Origin: Eledone cirrhosa
Taxonomy: Eukaryota
DNA: 64,000 nucleotides
Assembly: GCA_964016885.1 (NCBI GenBank)
Contig: OZ024741.1
Location: 305,040,001-305,104,000, forward strand
Reading direction: 5' to 3'
Shown here: one piece after another, positions 1-11,728 of the stretch
Layout of the letters: each line of letters begins with the position of its first letter
How positions within the stretch are numbered: the stretch's first letter is position 1
Position numbers and translations under genes: made by a program
The notes under the pieces: model-generated
The model's input: the letters and a program-made list of their open reading frames with translations, nothing else
The model's database searches: none
Told to the model about the DNA's origin: nothing

Positions 1-584
1 ATTTTATGCATATATGTGTACATCAGTACTGGATTAAGGTAGCTGGCTGAGTAGGTTGCAGCCAGGGGCTTCCATAGTATTTAAAGAACTCCAAATTAAT
101 TTCTTTGTTACCATAAATAATATGCAAGTCCCTGAAGAAATTTTCAGCCAATTATCATACAAGCTTAATTCACCCCCGGTGGACATACATATACATATGC
201 ACGAGTGTGTCTCTCTGTGTGTGTGTATGTGCAGTAATTTGTCTTTTTGTTATAAAAAAAACAAAAAAATAACAAAACATAAGAGTATGCTTATGTCGGA
301 AGTGCATGGAATTTGATGTGTTTAATGCATGTGCTGCAAACCAGATTGCAAGCTCATACATGTAGGGTTAATACAGCACCTTAATATGAGAATGGGTAAA
401 CAGAAACTATGTGTATGGTGTTTATAATCCTAGTTATAACACACACACACACATTTATACATATGTAGCCAATAATGCTTGGATTACATTTCATGGTGGT
501 GGTGGTGGTGGTATGTGTTAGGGGGAACAAGTGGTTAATTTAACAATAACAACATACAGATAAAATAATAAATAAAAATTTCAA

Positions 585-835
585 AGTTGTACTTATTTGG
601 CAGCAAGTGTCTTGATCCAAAATGTGATGAAACTAAAGCAATTACACCATGGTAGGGTCATTTAACTACAGTTGTACTTGTCTGGTAAGTAACTTGATCT
701 GAGATGGTGTGATGAAACTAAAGCAATTACACCATGGTAGAGTCCTTTGACCACAGTTGTACTTGTCTGGCAAGCAGCTTGATCTCAGACCAGTTGTTGA
801 ATCTAAAGCAATTACATTGTGGAAGAGGCATTTAA
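585..835. repeat. Tandem repeat, about 3 copies of a ~85-90 bp unit
   Basis: agttgtacttRtYtgg...aaWctaaagcaattacaYYRtgg recurs three times. Confidence 0.8.
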
Positions 836-1456
836 TTTAATGCCCCTAATGACTCTGCCAATTCACCACCTAAAAAAACATACATAAAAACTGTTAATTT
901 CCCTTTACTGGTGTCAAAACTTTTGATACATTGTTTGCGAGGTGATCACTGACATAGTCTCACTGCTATGCAGTGGTAAGTAACCAAATCAACCATATCA
1001 CAGCAAAAAATTTGATACCAGGAAATAAATGATAAACAAAGTATATTTAACATTCTTTTTTTACAGTATAACCAGATCAGTGACCAGACATCAAAACAAT
1101 TGCTTGTGTGTATCTTAAATGGCTAAAATAACTTTTCCACAATGTTATAAATAAAACTATTAAATAAATCTAGTGTGCTTAATTTGATTAGCTGTTTCAT
1201 AATTCCTCTGAGTGTAAAAGAAATTTCTATGATTCTTTTCTTTTTTTTATTTTACAAACAAGTTTACAAAGATAAACATTGGTGTGAATTGTGTGACATT
1301 ATTACAGAAAATTTTGCTAAGATTAGCAACTTCTTTTTTAAAAAATAAAAGTAGAATCCCAAGATTTTGTTCTTCAATGTTTCAAACAAAATGTACACAA
1401 CAGGTTTTTTTTCTTCTCTTTTAATAAGCATAAAAAATAGAAATGATTTGTATATA

Positions 1457-1597
1457 TATATTTGAAAAAAAAGAAAAGAATGACTTCACTTGTAGTTCTA
1501 AACAAATTGATTTAATTTTATAATATTATATTATAAAATTAAATCAATTTGTTTAGAACTACAAGTGAAGTCATTCTTTTCCTTTTTTTCAAATATA
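1457..1597. repeat. Near-perfect inverted repeat, ~70-bp arms, essentially no spacer
   Basis: gaaaagaatgacttcacttgtagttctaaacaaattgatttaattttataata is followed by its reverse complement. Confidence 0.95.
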
Positions 1598-1650
1598 CCT
1601 AACCGTACCAAGGATCTCACGCATTTTCCAATATATATATATATATATAT

Positions 1651-1690
1651 ATAGGAACCAGTAAGACCCCGGGGTCTTACTGGTTCCTAT
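1651..1690. repeat. Perfect 40-bp palindrome
   Basis: ataggaaccagtaagacccc|ggggtcttactggttcctat. Confidence 0.97.
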
Positions 1691-1767
1691 TACCCACTCT
1701 ACTACCTCAAGTATTGAGTACTTTGGTGCGTTATGGTCCACCTGGTTCCTTACCACATTTCCTTCGT

Positions 1768-1798
<31 letters not shown>

Positions 1799-1860
1799 GT
1801 GAGGTTTTTTTGTTTTTTTTTTAAATGAAAAATAACTGAGGTGTCCTACACGAGTGAAAG

Positions 1861-2105
1861 TATAAAGAAAAAAAGATGAAATCGAAAATGCAACTGGAGT
1901 CTTATTTAAAAAAAAATATATATATTTATTTGGTTCCTTTACCGGTTTCGCAGTTCTTCTGCTTTTCAAAAGCAGAGTTGAGAAAAACCACAGACCCTCC
2001 ATCTCAACTCTACTTTTGAAAAGCAGAAGAACTGCGAAATTGATATATTTCTTTAAAAATAAGACTCCAGTTGCATTTTCGATTTCATCTTTTTTTCTTT
2101 ATATA
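1861..2105. repeat. Nested fold-back (outer ~60-bp arms, inner ~38-bp arms)
   Basis: Outer arms aaagatgaaatcgaaaatgcaactggagtcttattt / aaataagactccagttgcattttcgatttcatcttt. Inner arms tttcgcagttcttctgcttttcaaaag / cttttgaaaagcagaagaactgcgaaa. Confidence 0.93.
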
Positions 2106-2384
2106 TATATATGTATATATTACATATATATAATACATATATATAATACATATATATATAACATATATATATAATACATATATATATATATATATATACA
2201 CACACATACACATATATATATATGATGGTATATACATCCCTTTAAAATATATATAAAGATAATATAAGAAAAACAATAGGAAAAGGTTTCTTTTGTGGAC
2301 ATATTACATAAAACAAAACAAACAATTGGATTAATGAAAACAAAAAGGTGAAATAGTTTGCAAGGTTTTAATAATAATAATAAT

Positions 2385-3540
2385 GATGTCTAGTATAGGC
2401 ACAAGGCCAGTAAATTTTTTTTGGGGGGGGGGGGGGGGGGGGGGGGGGGCAGAAAGTCGACCCCAGTACGTTACTGATGCTTTATTTTATCGGCCCCATA
2501 AGGATGAAAGGCAAAGTTAATCTTGGCAGGATTTGAGCTCAGACCGTAAAGGGTCGTAACCCTAAGCTGCAAAGCATGGTATCTGATGCTCTGCCAATAC
2601 TGCCAATCCACCTCAAAAATAATAATAACTACTATTAATATTATTATAATTTCAGGACTGTGGTTTGGATCCTGTGCTATAAGATGAAAACAGGAAACTC
2701 AAAGACTTCATGATAATAATAATAATGATGATAATGATGATAGTGTTGATAATGGTTTATCTTGACTTAGCAATTATCAAGGTTAGGTGTACAAGTGATT
2801 AGATGAACCCATGGATATTACTGCTACTTATTTGGCCCCACCACCACTATCACCACAAAGAGTGATAAATGCATTTAATTTTTGCACACTCTCATGTCTT
2901 GGCTATGTCCATCTCTGATGATGATCACTCTGGAGACAGTAATAATGATTTCTAATTTAGGCACAAGGCCAGTAATTTTGTAGGGAGAGGAATTTTACTA
3001 AATTGATCTCCAGTTCTTGAATGGTGCTATATTTTTATAGACTCTAGAAGAATGAAAGGCAAAGTTAATCTCAGAATGAAAGTGGTGTAACTAAATAATT
3101 GTTTCTACTTTAGGCTCAAGGCCAGCAATTTGAAGGGGAGGGGAAAATTGATTAAATCGACTCCAGTGTATTACTGGTGCTTTATTTTATCGACCCCATG
3201 AGGATGAAAAGCAAAGCTAACCTTGGCAGGATTTGAACTCAGAACGTAAAGGGCCATAACTCTATGCTGCAAAGCATAGTGTCTGACGTTCTACCGATAC
3301 TGCCAAACCAACCCCCTAATAATAGTTTCTTATATATATGCAAAAGGCCAACTATTTTGGGGGATGGGAAAGTCGGTTAAATTGACCCCAGTGCATGACT
3401 GGTACTTTATTTATCGACCCGTAAGCATGAAAGGCAAAGCTAACCTCGGCAGGATTTGAACTCAGAATGTAAACGGCCGTAACTTTATGCCGCTAAGCAT
3501 GTTGTCTGGTGCTCTACCGATACTGCCAATCCCACTGCCC
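2385..3540 (-). mobile_element. Cluster of tRNA-derived SINE copies (2385-2615, and three head-to-tail copies at ~2948-3540)
   Basis: Reverse complement of the SINE at 38069-38256; the first copy has an expanded poly-G tract. Confidence 0.85.
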
Positions 3541-3574
3541 TAATATAATAATGATAATAATGATAATGATGATG

Positions 3575-3606
<32 letters not shown>

Positions 3607-3768
3607 TTCTTTTATTATTATTTTCCTTAAGAGCATCACAATTAAAAATATGAATCTGCTGGAATTATTAAGCATTGGATAAGAAAAAAAAAGAAAAAGA
3701 AAAAGAAAAAGAAAAAGAAAAAGAAAAAGCCCACACCAAGTAATTAGAAGACACTTCCCCATTTAGAA

Positions 3769-4609
3769 CAGTGGTTCCCAACCTTTTCACAACAATGGAC
3801 CCTTTTATATAAATAGATTTTCCCACAGACTCCCTCCATTACAATTCCTACCTAGATTGTTATACAGTGGGAATAACAATCACAAAAGAGAAATGTTTAT
3901 TCTGAGAGAAGGATGGATACCCAATAGTGTGTGTGTATTATGTTCTTGACAAAGTTACTTTAAAATTTGAACTTAGCTTATGGAATCCCAGTAGAATGAA
4001 TACCCAATAGATCTATACACACAATAAGGGTGTAGAGTCCTCCCCACTTTCTATTTTTTTCTCTTTCTGTTTATTATTTTAATCTTGTTTTTATTTAATT
4101 ATTTCATTATTGTATACTTCTGTTCAATAATAAATTAATTAGTTAAGAGCTTTTGTGTATTATGTTTTTAATAAAGTACTTGAAAATTTAAACTTAACTC
4201 ACAGAATAATCCCAGTAGAATAGATACACAATAATTGTTTCTACTTTTGGCACAAGGCCAGCAATTACCCAGTGCAGTACTGGTACATTATTTTATCGAC
4301 CCCGATGAAAGGCAAAGTTAACCTTGGCGGGATTTGAACTCAGAATGGAAAGGGGCGTAACTCTATGCGTCAAAGCATGGCATCCGACCCTCTACTGGTA
4401 CTGCCAATCCACCGCCCTTTGAAATGGATACACAATAATATGTGTATATTATATTTATATAATAAAGTACTTGGAATTTTGAACTTAGCTCATCGACCCA
4501 CACAAAATGGATACTGACTTGTGTATCATAGTTATAACAAAGTACATGAAATTTTGAACTTAACTCACAGACTTCTAAGGGCCCATGGGACCCTAGTTGG
4601 GAACCCCTA
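3769..4609. mobile_element. hAT (Charlie-like) non-autonomous element with internal tandem subrepeats and a nested SINE
   Basis: TIRs cagtggttcccaac / gttgggaaccccta; internal gtgtattat...aaagtactt...aactta unit about 4 times; SINE at 4233-4417 with TSD gatacacaataat. Confidence 0.7.
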
Positions 4610-4754
4610 CTTTACACCAATCCAAAGAAGACTAAAATAGGCTGGGATGCCACTTAGTTAAAACTGTATTCTAATTAAAAATGTGAAGTTATTTAGATAC
4701 AAAGCCATAGACATCCTCTCACAAAACACTGATTGTTGTATGTATAACAAAATA

Positions 4755-4945
4755 ATTGTTTCTACTTTTGGCACAAGGCCAGCAATTATACCAGTGCATT
4801 ACTGGTACTTTATTTTATCGACCCCGTAAGGATGAAGGGCAAAGTTAACCTTGGCGGGATTTGAACTCAGACCATAAAGAGGTGAAACTCTATGCTGCAA
4901 AGCATGGTGTCCGACCCTCTACCGATATTGCCAATCCACCGCACT
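4755..4945 (-). mobile_element. tRNA-derived SINE, full length, 17-bp TSD
   Basis: TSD atgtataacaaaataat at 4740-4756 and 4947-4963. Confidence 0.9.
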
Positions 4946-5226
4946 AATGTATAACAAAATAATAAAGTCCTTTTAGTTTGGGTTTAGCCATCACAGCTAA
5001 GGTCATACTGGAGCAAAGCCTTCTAATAATGATATTATTATTATTATTATTATTATTAAGTAACAACAACACATTAATATTGTGAAGGAAAAAGAAAAGA
5101 AAAACAAACAAGCAATCAAGAACAACAACAAAGTGTAAACGCTCTTTATATAACTATGTACACACACTCACACACACACACATATATATATATACATACA
5201 TCATACATGCATAAACATATTCACAA

Positions 5227-5258
<32 letters not shown>

Positions 5259-5584
5259 GGTGACTGCCAATTCGTTTTCGAGTACGGCCACTACTTTATA
5301 TCCACGTAGGAGAACCCCTACCGATGCGCTGAACAAGTGTGACTTTTTAGTCCAGCCAGCGACTTGAAAACTCTGGTACAAACACTACACTTGTGACAAT
5401 TATTGACACATAGTGCTGGGCCCATGGTACCATGTGACGACAAGTGCAGAGAGATCTCCAGATATAAAGCAATGCCTGTGCCGTGAAGCTTTTATAGTGA
5501 TGGTATCCAATGATGTTGACTTGTTCTTCTTTTTGGTAAATATCATCTTAAGAGAGTGGGATTGGCTTTGTGCAGTGCCTTTGC

Positions 5585-5622
<38 letters not shown>

Positions 5623-5809
5623 CACACACATAAATATATATATATACACATACACACACACATATACATTTATATACACACATCCCTTAAGTTTTTGTCT
5701 TTTTTGTTTGTTTTGTTTTACCGTTTGTATTTCTTGCTTATTTATACTCATCATATTTTGCCAGAGAAAGTTGCGTTCAGTTCTATGTAGGAAAGTCAAA
5801 TTTATAATA

Positions 5810-6168
5810 ATAGTTTCTAATTTAGGCACAAAGCCAATAAATTTGAGGGTTAGGGCAAAGTTGATTAAATCAGCCCCAGTACTTGACTGGTACCCTATTT
5901 TATCAACCCTGGAAAGATGAAAGGCAAAGTTGACCTTGGAGAGATGTTCTAATCACTCTACTAATCTGCTGCTCTAGAGGGATTTGAACTCAGAATGTAA
6001 AGAACCAGAACACATAGTGCAATGGCATTTTATCCAAGACTCTACCAATTCTGCCAACCCACCATAATAATAATAATAATTGTTTCTACTTTTGGCACAA
6101 GGCCAGCAATTACCCAGTGCATTACTGGTACTTTATTTTATTGACCCCGTAAGGATGAAAGGCAAAAT
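5810..6168 (-). mobile_element. Two SINE copies (second 5'-truncated) in (AAT)n context
   Basis: Same SINE core and tail as the 38069 copy. Confidence 0.8.
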
Positions 6169-6284
6169 TATAATAATAATAATAATAAAAACCAACCACT
6201 GTTCTTTCATACATAACTTTAATACCTTCAGCAACCAATGATGTCATGAAATAAATTGTGGACGTGTAACTAACACATTATATA

Positions 6285-6316
<32 letters not shown>

Positions 6317-6608
6317 AAGACTACATAATTAATAAATACTATAGAGAAGAGAGCACTATTGTTTGTTTGTTTGTTTTACATGCAACTGATAGGATTCTTC
6401 TATGTTACTAATGTTTTTCTTCTTCTTTAGCTTCTTTATCATCTTCTTCACTACATCTAATACAATTTGGTGATTTGAGAAAGTCATGGAACAAAAATAC
6501 ATCACATTGATTAAAAACATGGTTTAAAACAATGAAATAGAAACTATAAGGGTGACCATGCTGGAAAAAAAATTAAACAACAACAAAAATCTATAGAAAA
6601 AGTAACCT

Positions 6609-7017
6609 TAAACCTTAACATCCTGTAATGATTTGCAGAAAATATATAAAAACAGGTTTGTTAATTCAAATGTTTCTAGTATAGTGGACAGATTGTTGTG
6701 AAAATTTGCAGTATTAGAACAAATCTTTAATGTGATGTAATCATAGTGCTGTTTTGTACTTTTCAAAATGTCTTGCTAATGCATTTTCATGCAGTACAGA
6801 GCAGTAAGAGTTAACACTTAAGAGTGTAATAATTTAACAGAAAATATCTAAAGATGAGTTTATTAATACGAATGTTTATAGTATCTTTAGTACTGAAAAG
6901 ATCGTTGTGAAAATTTGAAGTATTAGAGTAAAGACTACAATATTTAATGTGATGCAGTCATAGTGCTGTTTTGTACTTGCTAATGCTGTTTCATGAGGTG
7001 CAGGATATTAAGAGTTA
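6609..7017. mobile_element. TTAA-bounded MITE-like repeat, two tandem copies (related copy ~12090-12270)
   Basis: ttaaaccttaacatcctg ... caggatattaagagtta ends; internal gattgttgtgaaaatttg...catagtgctgttttgtactt duplicated. Confidence 0.55.
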
Positions 7018-7341
7018 TACAATATTACTTATCGGGTTTTTAGGTCAGTTGGAGGCATAATTGCCTCCATTTAGCTGTATTTCAGCAGCAACTTTCAAAA
7101 TAAATATGTTGAAATTATTATGTATAGATGTCACAGAGATGAGCAGAAGAGCTGGGTGTGTATGTCACAACACACACATACAAAGCCAACCACACACATG
7201 CACACATTCACTCACGCACACAATCTTACTTGAGGTGCATACCTATGTACATATGAACATTGTATACACAACACACCCTCACACTAGCAACTGAACACTT
7301 GAAAACACAAGTGTGTATTTTGTGATTGTGTGTTTATATAT

Positions 7342-7409
<68 letters not shown>

Positions 7410-8237
7410 TTATACATATATATATAATATATTGTTGAATAAATTACAAAAAAAAAAAAAAAAGAAACGTATATATTTTAAAATGGCTGGAATTAAATAT
7501 AAGCCTTTTTTAAAATTACAAAACAAGACATACATAAAAATATAAAATATTTTTAAAACAGAAAAAAAAAAGCAGGGAAAGATAGAATAAATAAAATTTT
7601 AAACACAATTTGAAAGAAAGAAAAAAATTGATTTGAAAAAATAATAATGATTTCTTTGAAAAGAATTGAAACGAGAAATTTTTTTTCTTTAAATGAAGGG
7701 AAACTTGAAAATAAAAATAATTTTTTTTTGTTTTTCCTTTTTAACAAAAGCTATTTTAAATTCATGATTTTGAGAGCTATTGTAAAGCTGCCTTCTTTCT
7801 TGGTCAATTTGAAGAACGGATTCTTTCCTCTGCAAGTTTAAAAAATTTTTTTTTATTTCCAAAATCATGTCATTGTTTATTTATATTCATTTTCTTATCT
7901 TAGGCAACTAAAAGAATGAGTGCAAGGAAGGGCATCCAGCAGTAAAACATTGCCTCAAAAAATGACCCCATGATGAGTATGAAGTCTAACCCCTGTATTA
8001 GGAGGAACAAATTACCTTAAAATACTTGTGTCATTTTGTCCTTGGAATATTCTAAATGTTTATGATGATGAAGATGAATTTTGGTGGTATTGTTATGTAT
8101 TTTTTTACCTATATCCCATAGGTATACTGTTTTGCACGCACCAACACCACCATCATGAACGTTTCTGTCTGCTTTGTGTTTCATCCCACCCTGCCCACAC
8201 ATAGTAACTAGATGAAGATACAAAGAGGGAGTCGTCA

Positions 8238-8456
8238 TCATTGGAGGACACATGCCTGAGAGTTGTCACCAAGTCGGCCAGCTGCCTTGGCAAAACAGAT
8301 TGCTTGCATCCAGTTGTTCTGCTCTAATTCATTCTCAGCATGTAGATAAAAGGCACGGCGATGATTTCTCGGTTTAATACGAAAAGCGTAACTTTTTTTG
8401 TCCATGTGACTTTCGGAAATTTCAGCATTAACCAGAGAAATTCTTTTGGATGTGCT
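8238..8456 (-). CDS. Terminal coding exon of a PH-domain protein with C-terminal CaaX motif (CVLQ)
   Basis: Pyrimidine-rich acceptor (...cttttcAG) then an open phase-0 frame STSKRISLVNAEISESHMDKKSYAFRIKPRNHRRAFYLHAENELEQNNWMQAICFAKAAGRLGDNSQACVLQ-TGA. FxI...RxFYLxAxxxxExxxWxxAI is the canonical PH C-terminal signature. Upstream exons not found in the window. Confidence 0.88.
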   Translation of the reverse strand, partial: STSKRISLVNAEISESHMDKKSYAFRIKPRNHRRAFYLHAENELEQNNWMQAICFAKAAGRLGDNSQACVLQ

Positions 8457-8747
8457 CTGAAAAGTGATAAAAAGAAAATCTTTAAAATAATCAGTAACAA
8501 AAAAAGATGAATTAATCTTCATATGAAAATGATAATAATAATAATAATCAACTTTTGTGATATGACTTGTTAAGTGAATGTGAGGATGGAACAAAATGAA
8601 AAAAAAGTGGGGAAAGGAAAAAAAAAGCTATCGGAAACTGTCAAAACCAATGATGCCTACCCTAAGTATCTGGTTGATACATGGTAGTCATTGCACAAAA
8701 AGCAAAATCAAGAGAAAATATAATAATAATAATAATAATAGTAATAA

Positions 8748-10754
8748 AAGATAGAAGGGGAATGCTGTGGGAAACTACCATCCTATAGCATGCTGAAACA
8801 TAATATGGAAGGTTCTCATTGGGATATTTGTTGGGTAGACATATGCTTTTCTATCACAGGAAGGAATACTACCAAAGGAACAAAAAGGATGTAGGAGGAA
8901 GTCCCAAAGTACCAAGGGTCACCTAGTTATTGATAAGACAGTTTTGAAGCATTGTAAGAAACATCACACAAAACATGTCTATAGCTAGATTGACTTTAAG
9001 AAGGTATATAATATGGTGCCCCATTCTTGTATTGGTGAATGTCTGCAGATGTTTGGTATTGCTGAAAACATCACAAAGTTTATGCTGAATAGTATGCTAG
9101 AGTGGAGAACCAAATTATACTCAAGCAATGTATTTCTGGGAGAAGAAGAAATTAAAAGTGGTGTCTTCCAAGGGGACTCATTCTCAACATTACTATTTGT
9201 TATAACACTGATACCTATAACACTCACACTCAGAAAAATAAAAATAGGCTACTGATTTGGAAAGCAAGGGCCATTCATAAACCGCCTTCTATTTATGGAT
9301 GACCTGAAAACCAAATAGACTCATTGGTTAGAACAGTTCAGATATATAGAAGTGATATCGGTATGGAATTTGGGATTTTCAAATACTCTGTACTCAACAT
9401 GAAAAGAGGGAAGAAAGCAGCCTGTAGTGGATTATGACTGCCATTAGGAGAAACCACGAGAGAACCAGAAGATAATGGCTATAAATATTTGGGGATTTTA
9501 GAACTAAAGGATATTTTCAATGCAAAAATGAAAGAAAAGGCTAGAGAGACATATTTAAAAAAAAAAAAATGATTTTAAAATCCAACTTGAATGCGAGAAA
9601 TCTGGTTACTGCAATGAATATTTGGGTAGTTGCAGTGATTAGATATAGTGTATCCATTCTCAGTTGGAGTGAAGAAGAAATATCAAAATTAGATAGAAAG
9701 ATGAGAAAGTTAAGGACACTGTACAGAGCTTTACACCCCAAAGCAAATATTAATACACTATACACGAAGAGAAAGAATGGTGGCAGAAGCCTCATCAGTA
9801 TGGACCATTGTATAAGGAGTGAAAGGAGAATGTTTGCAGAATATTTGGTAAACAGTGATGAAGAGTTGTCGTAATATGCAGCAGAAGATATGGGTATAAA
9901 TGCAGTAGAAATGGTTGGAAAGGAAGAAGAGCAGAAGAGAAAAGAAAAGATCTTCTAGAAATGAAAATGCACGGTGGACATGGCTTAAGCAAGGTGATGT
10001 GAAACGTGTCACTTAAGGCCTTATAGCTGCAGTGCAAGACCAAGCTCTTGCTACCAATTCGGTGAAATATACAAAACTTCCGAAACCCAGAAATTCAGAC
10101 GCTGTGGAAAGAAAGTGGAAAATGTAGCCCACCTGGTAAATGGATGTGAGAGCCTTGTGCAAAAAGAATACAAGTGCCACCATGATAAAGTGTGTCTATA
10201 TCTTCATTGGCTTCTGTGTCATAAATACCAATATGAGGCCATAGAGAATTGGTATGAATATGTGCCTTGTAAAGTAATGCAAGAGGAAGAGAAAGTAACG
10301 ATATTCTGGGATTATGACTTTCAGACTGATAGAATAATTAAGCATTGCCAACCAGACATATTGTCATATTGAACAAGAAAGACAAATATTGTCAGATCAT
10401 CAACATGGCCATACTAAATGACATGATTATTGCAAGTAAGGAGACTGAAAAATATCATCAAGTACTTTGAATTGAAAGTGGAGATGGCAAGGCTCTTTGG
10501 AATGTAAGAGGGTCATGTGAAAGTGATACTAGTTGTGATCAGGGTATTAGGGTCAATTTCATTGAAACTTCAAGACATCCTAAAGTGACTGGGAATACCA
10601 TACAAGTTAGGTGTCATAGAAAAGGTGGCTTTGCTAGGTAATGCGCACATTTTGGGGAAAGTATTGTCTGTCTGAGGTCCTTGTTGTAACTTGACAGATG
10701 ACTAAATACCCTGGTGTATTATTCATCTGCATTGTGTGACAGAGCAATAATAAT
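8748..10754 (+). mobile_element. Degenerate 5'-truncated R4/Dong-like non-LTR retrotransposon (RT, CCHC knuckle, restriction-like endonuclease)
   Basis: GVFQGDSFS and LLFMDDLK RT motifs; ENVAHLVNGC...HHDKV knuckle; TIFWDYDFQTDRIIKHCQPDI RLE motif; (TAA)n on both flanks; many stops and frameshifts. Confidence 0.85.
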
Positions 10755-10960
10755 TCTATCTAACATCGGCACAAGGCCAGCAATTTTGAGAGGAAAGGAT
10801 AGTCAGTTAAATCGATCCCAGTACAGGACTGTTACTATATTTTATCAACCCCGGAAGGATGAAAGGCTAATTTGACCTTGGCAAGATTTGAAACCAGAAT
10901 GTAGAGGGCTGTAACAAAATACTGCATTGCATTTCATCCAATGCACTAAAAATTCTGGCA
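10755..10960 (-). mobile_element. tRNA-derived SINE, tail to tail with the LINE
   Basis: ggcacaaggccagcaatt...ggatgaaaggc...gatttgaaaccag. Confidence 0.75.
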
Positions 10961-11520
10961 ATGATGATGAAGAAGAAACAAAACAATCTATTTTAAAAAG
11001 TTCCTGTTTAAATTAAAACCTTCTAACATAATTTTATATATGAACATTTTGTTATGCTATGAATACCATTTTACTGCAATTCTAATTGTAATAAATCCTT
11101 CCTAAATTCTTCATCAATTAGTACAAAGTATTTCATTAAAAATACAGCAAGGAAAGGGTTAAACTAGATGGATAATAGCTACATTCCATTTTATGTAAGA
11201 GTTGTTGACAAGAAGTGGTAAAAATACAAAAATACAATAGGCAAAATGTGTTTTATGGAGACCATCCATCTTCATGTTATATATAATCAGAAAAAAAGCA
11301 GTTGAACTTTTGAACTTTCTACAAGTACTTCTAATCCATGATACCTACTTATGACTAGTTGAACTGGCTCATTTACAGTTTTGTGTCTTGGCTACATACA
11401 ATTATGATGGATCCTCCACCAGTTTTAGTGATGAGCATTCAGTCGTTCAATCAACTGTATATCTAACTCATGAATTAATGTGCAAATGGTTGAGTATTCC
11501 ACAAACATTTGTAACTTTAA

Positions 11521-11728
11521 CCCTTTAGCATTTAAACTGGTTGTATCTGGCCAGAATTCTCTCACCTCCTTCTTTTCAAACCAGCTGTAATTAGCCACTC
11601 ATATTTATGTTAAGGTATTGTTCTCAAAATAAATAATATCAAAATTTCATAGATTCAATATTATGTGAGATAAAGCCTTTACCGTGAAAATACAATAGTA
11701 TATATAGAGTAACGTAAATGTTAAAGGT
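11521..11728. mobile_element. piggyBac-type MITE (other copies at 12481-12688 and 23927-24147)
   Basis: TTAA|ccctttagcattta ... taaatgYtaaaRRK|TTAA termini; three highly similar ~210-bp copies. Confidence 0.75.

Noticed and set aside
8457-8594. N-terminal extension of ORF 8238..8594
   Set aside because: Intronic read-through (poly-Tyr from an ATT repeat) upstream of the AG acceptor.
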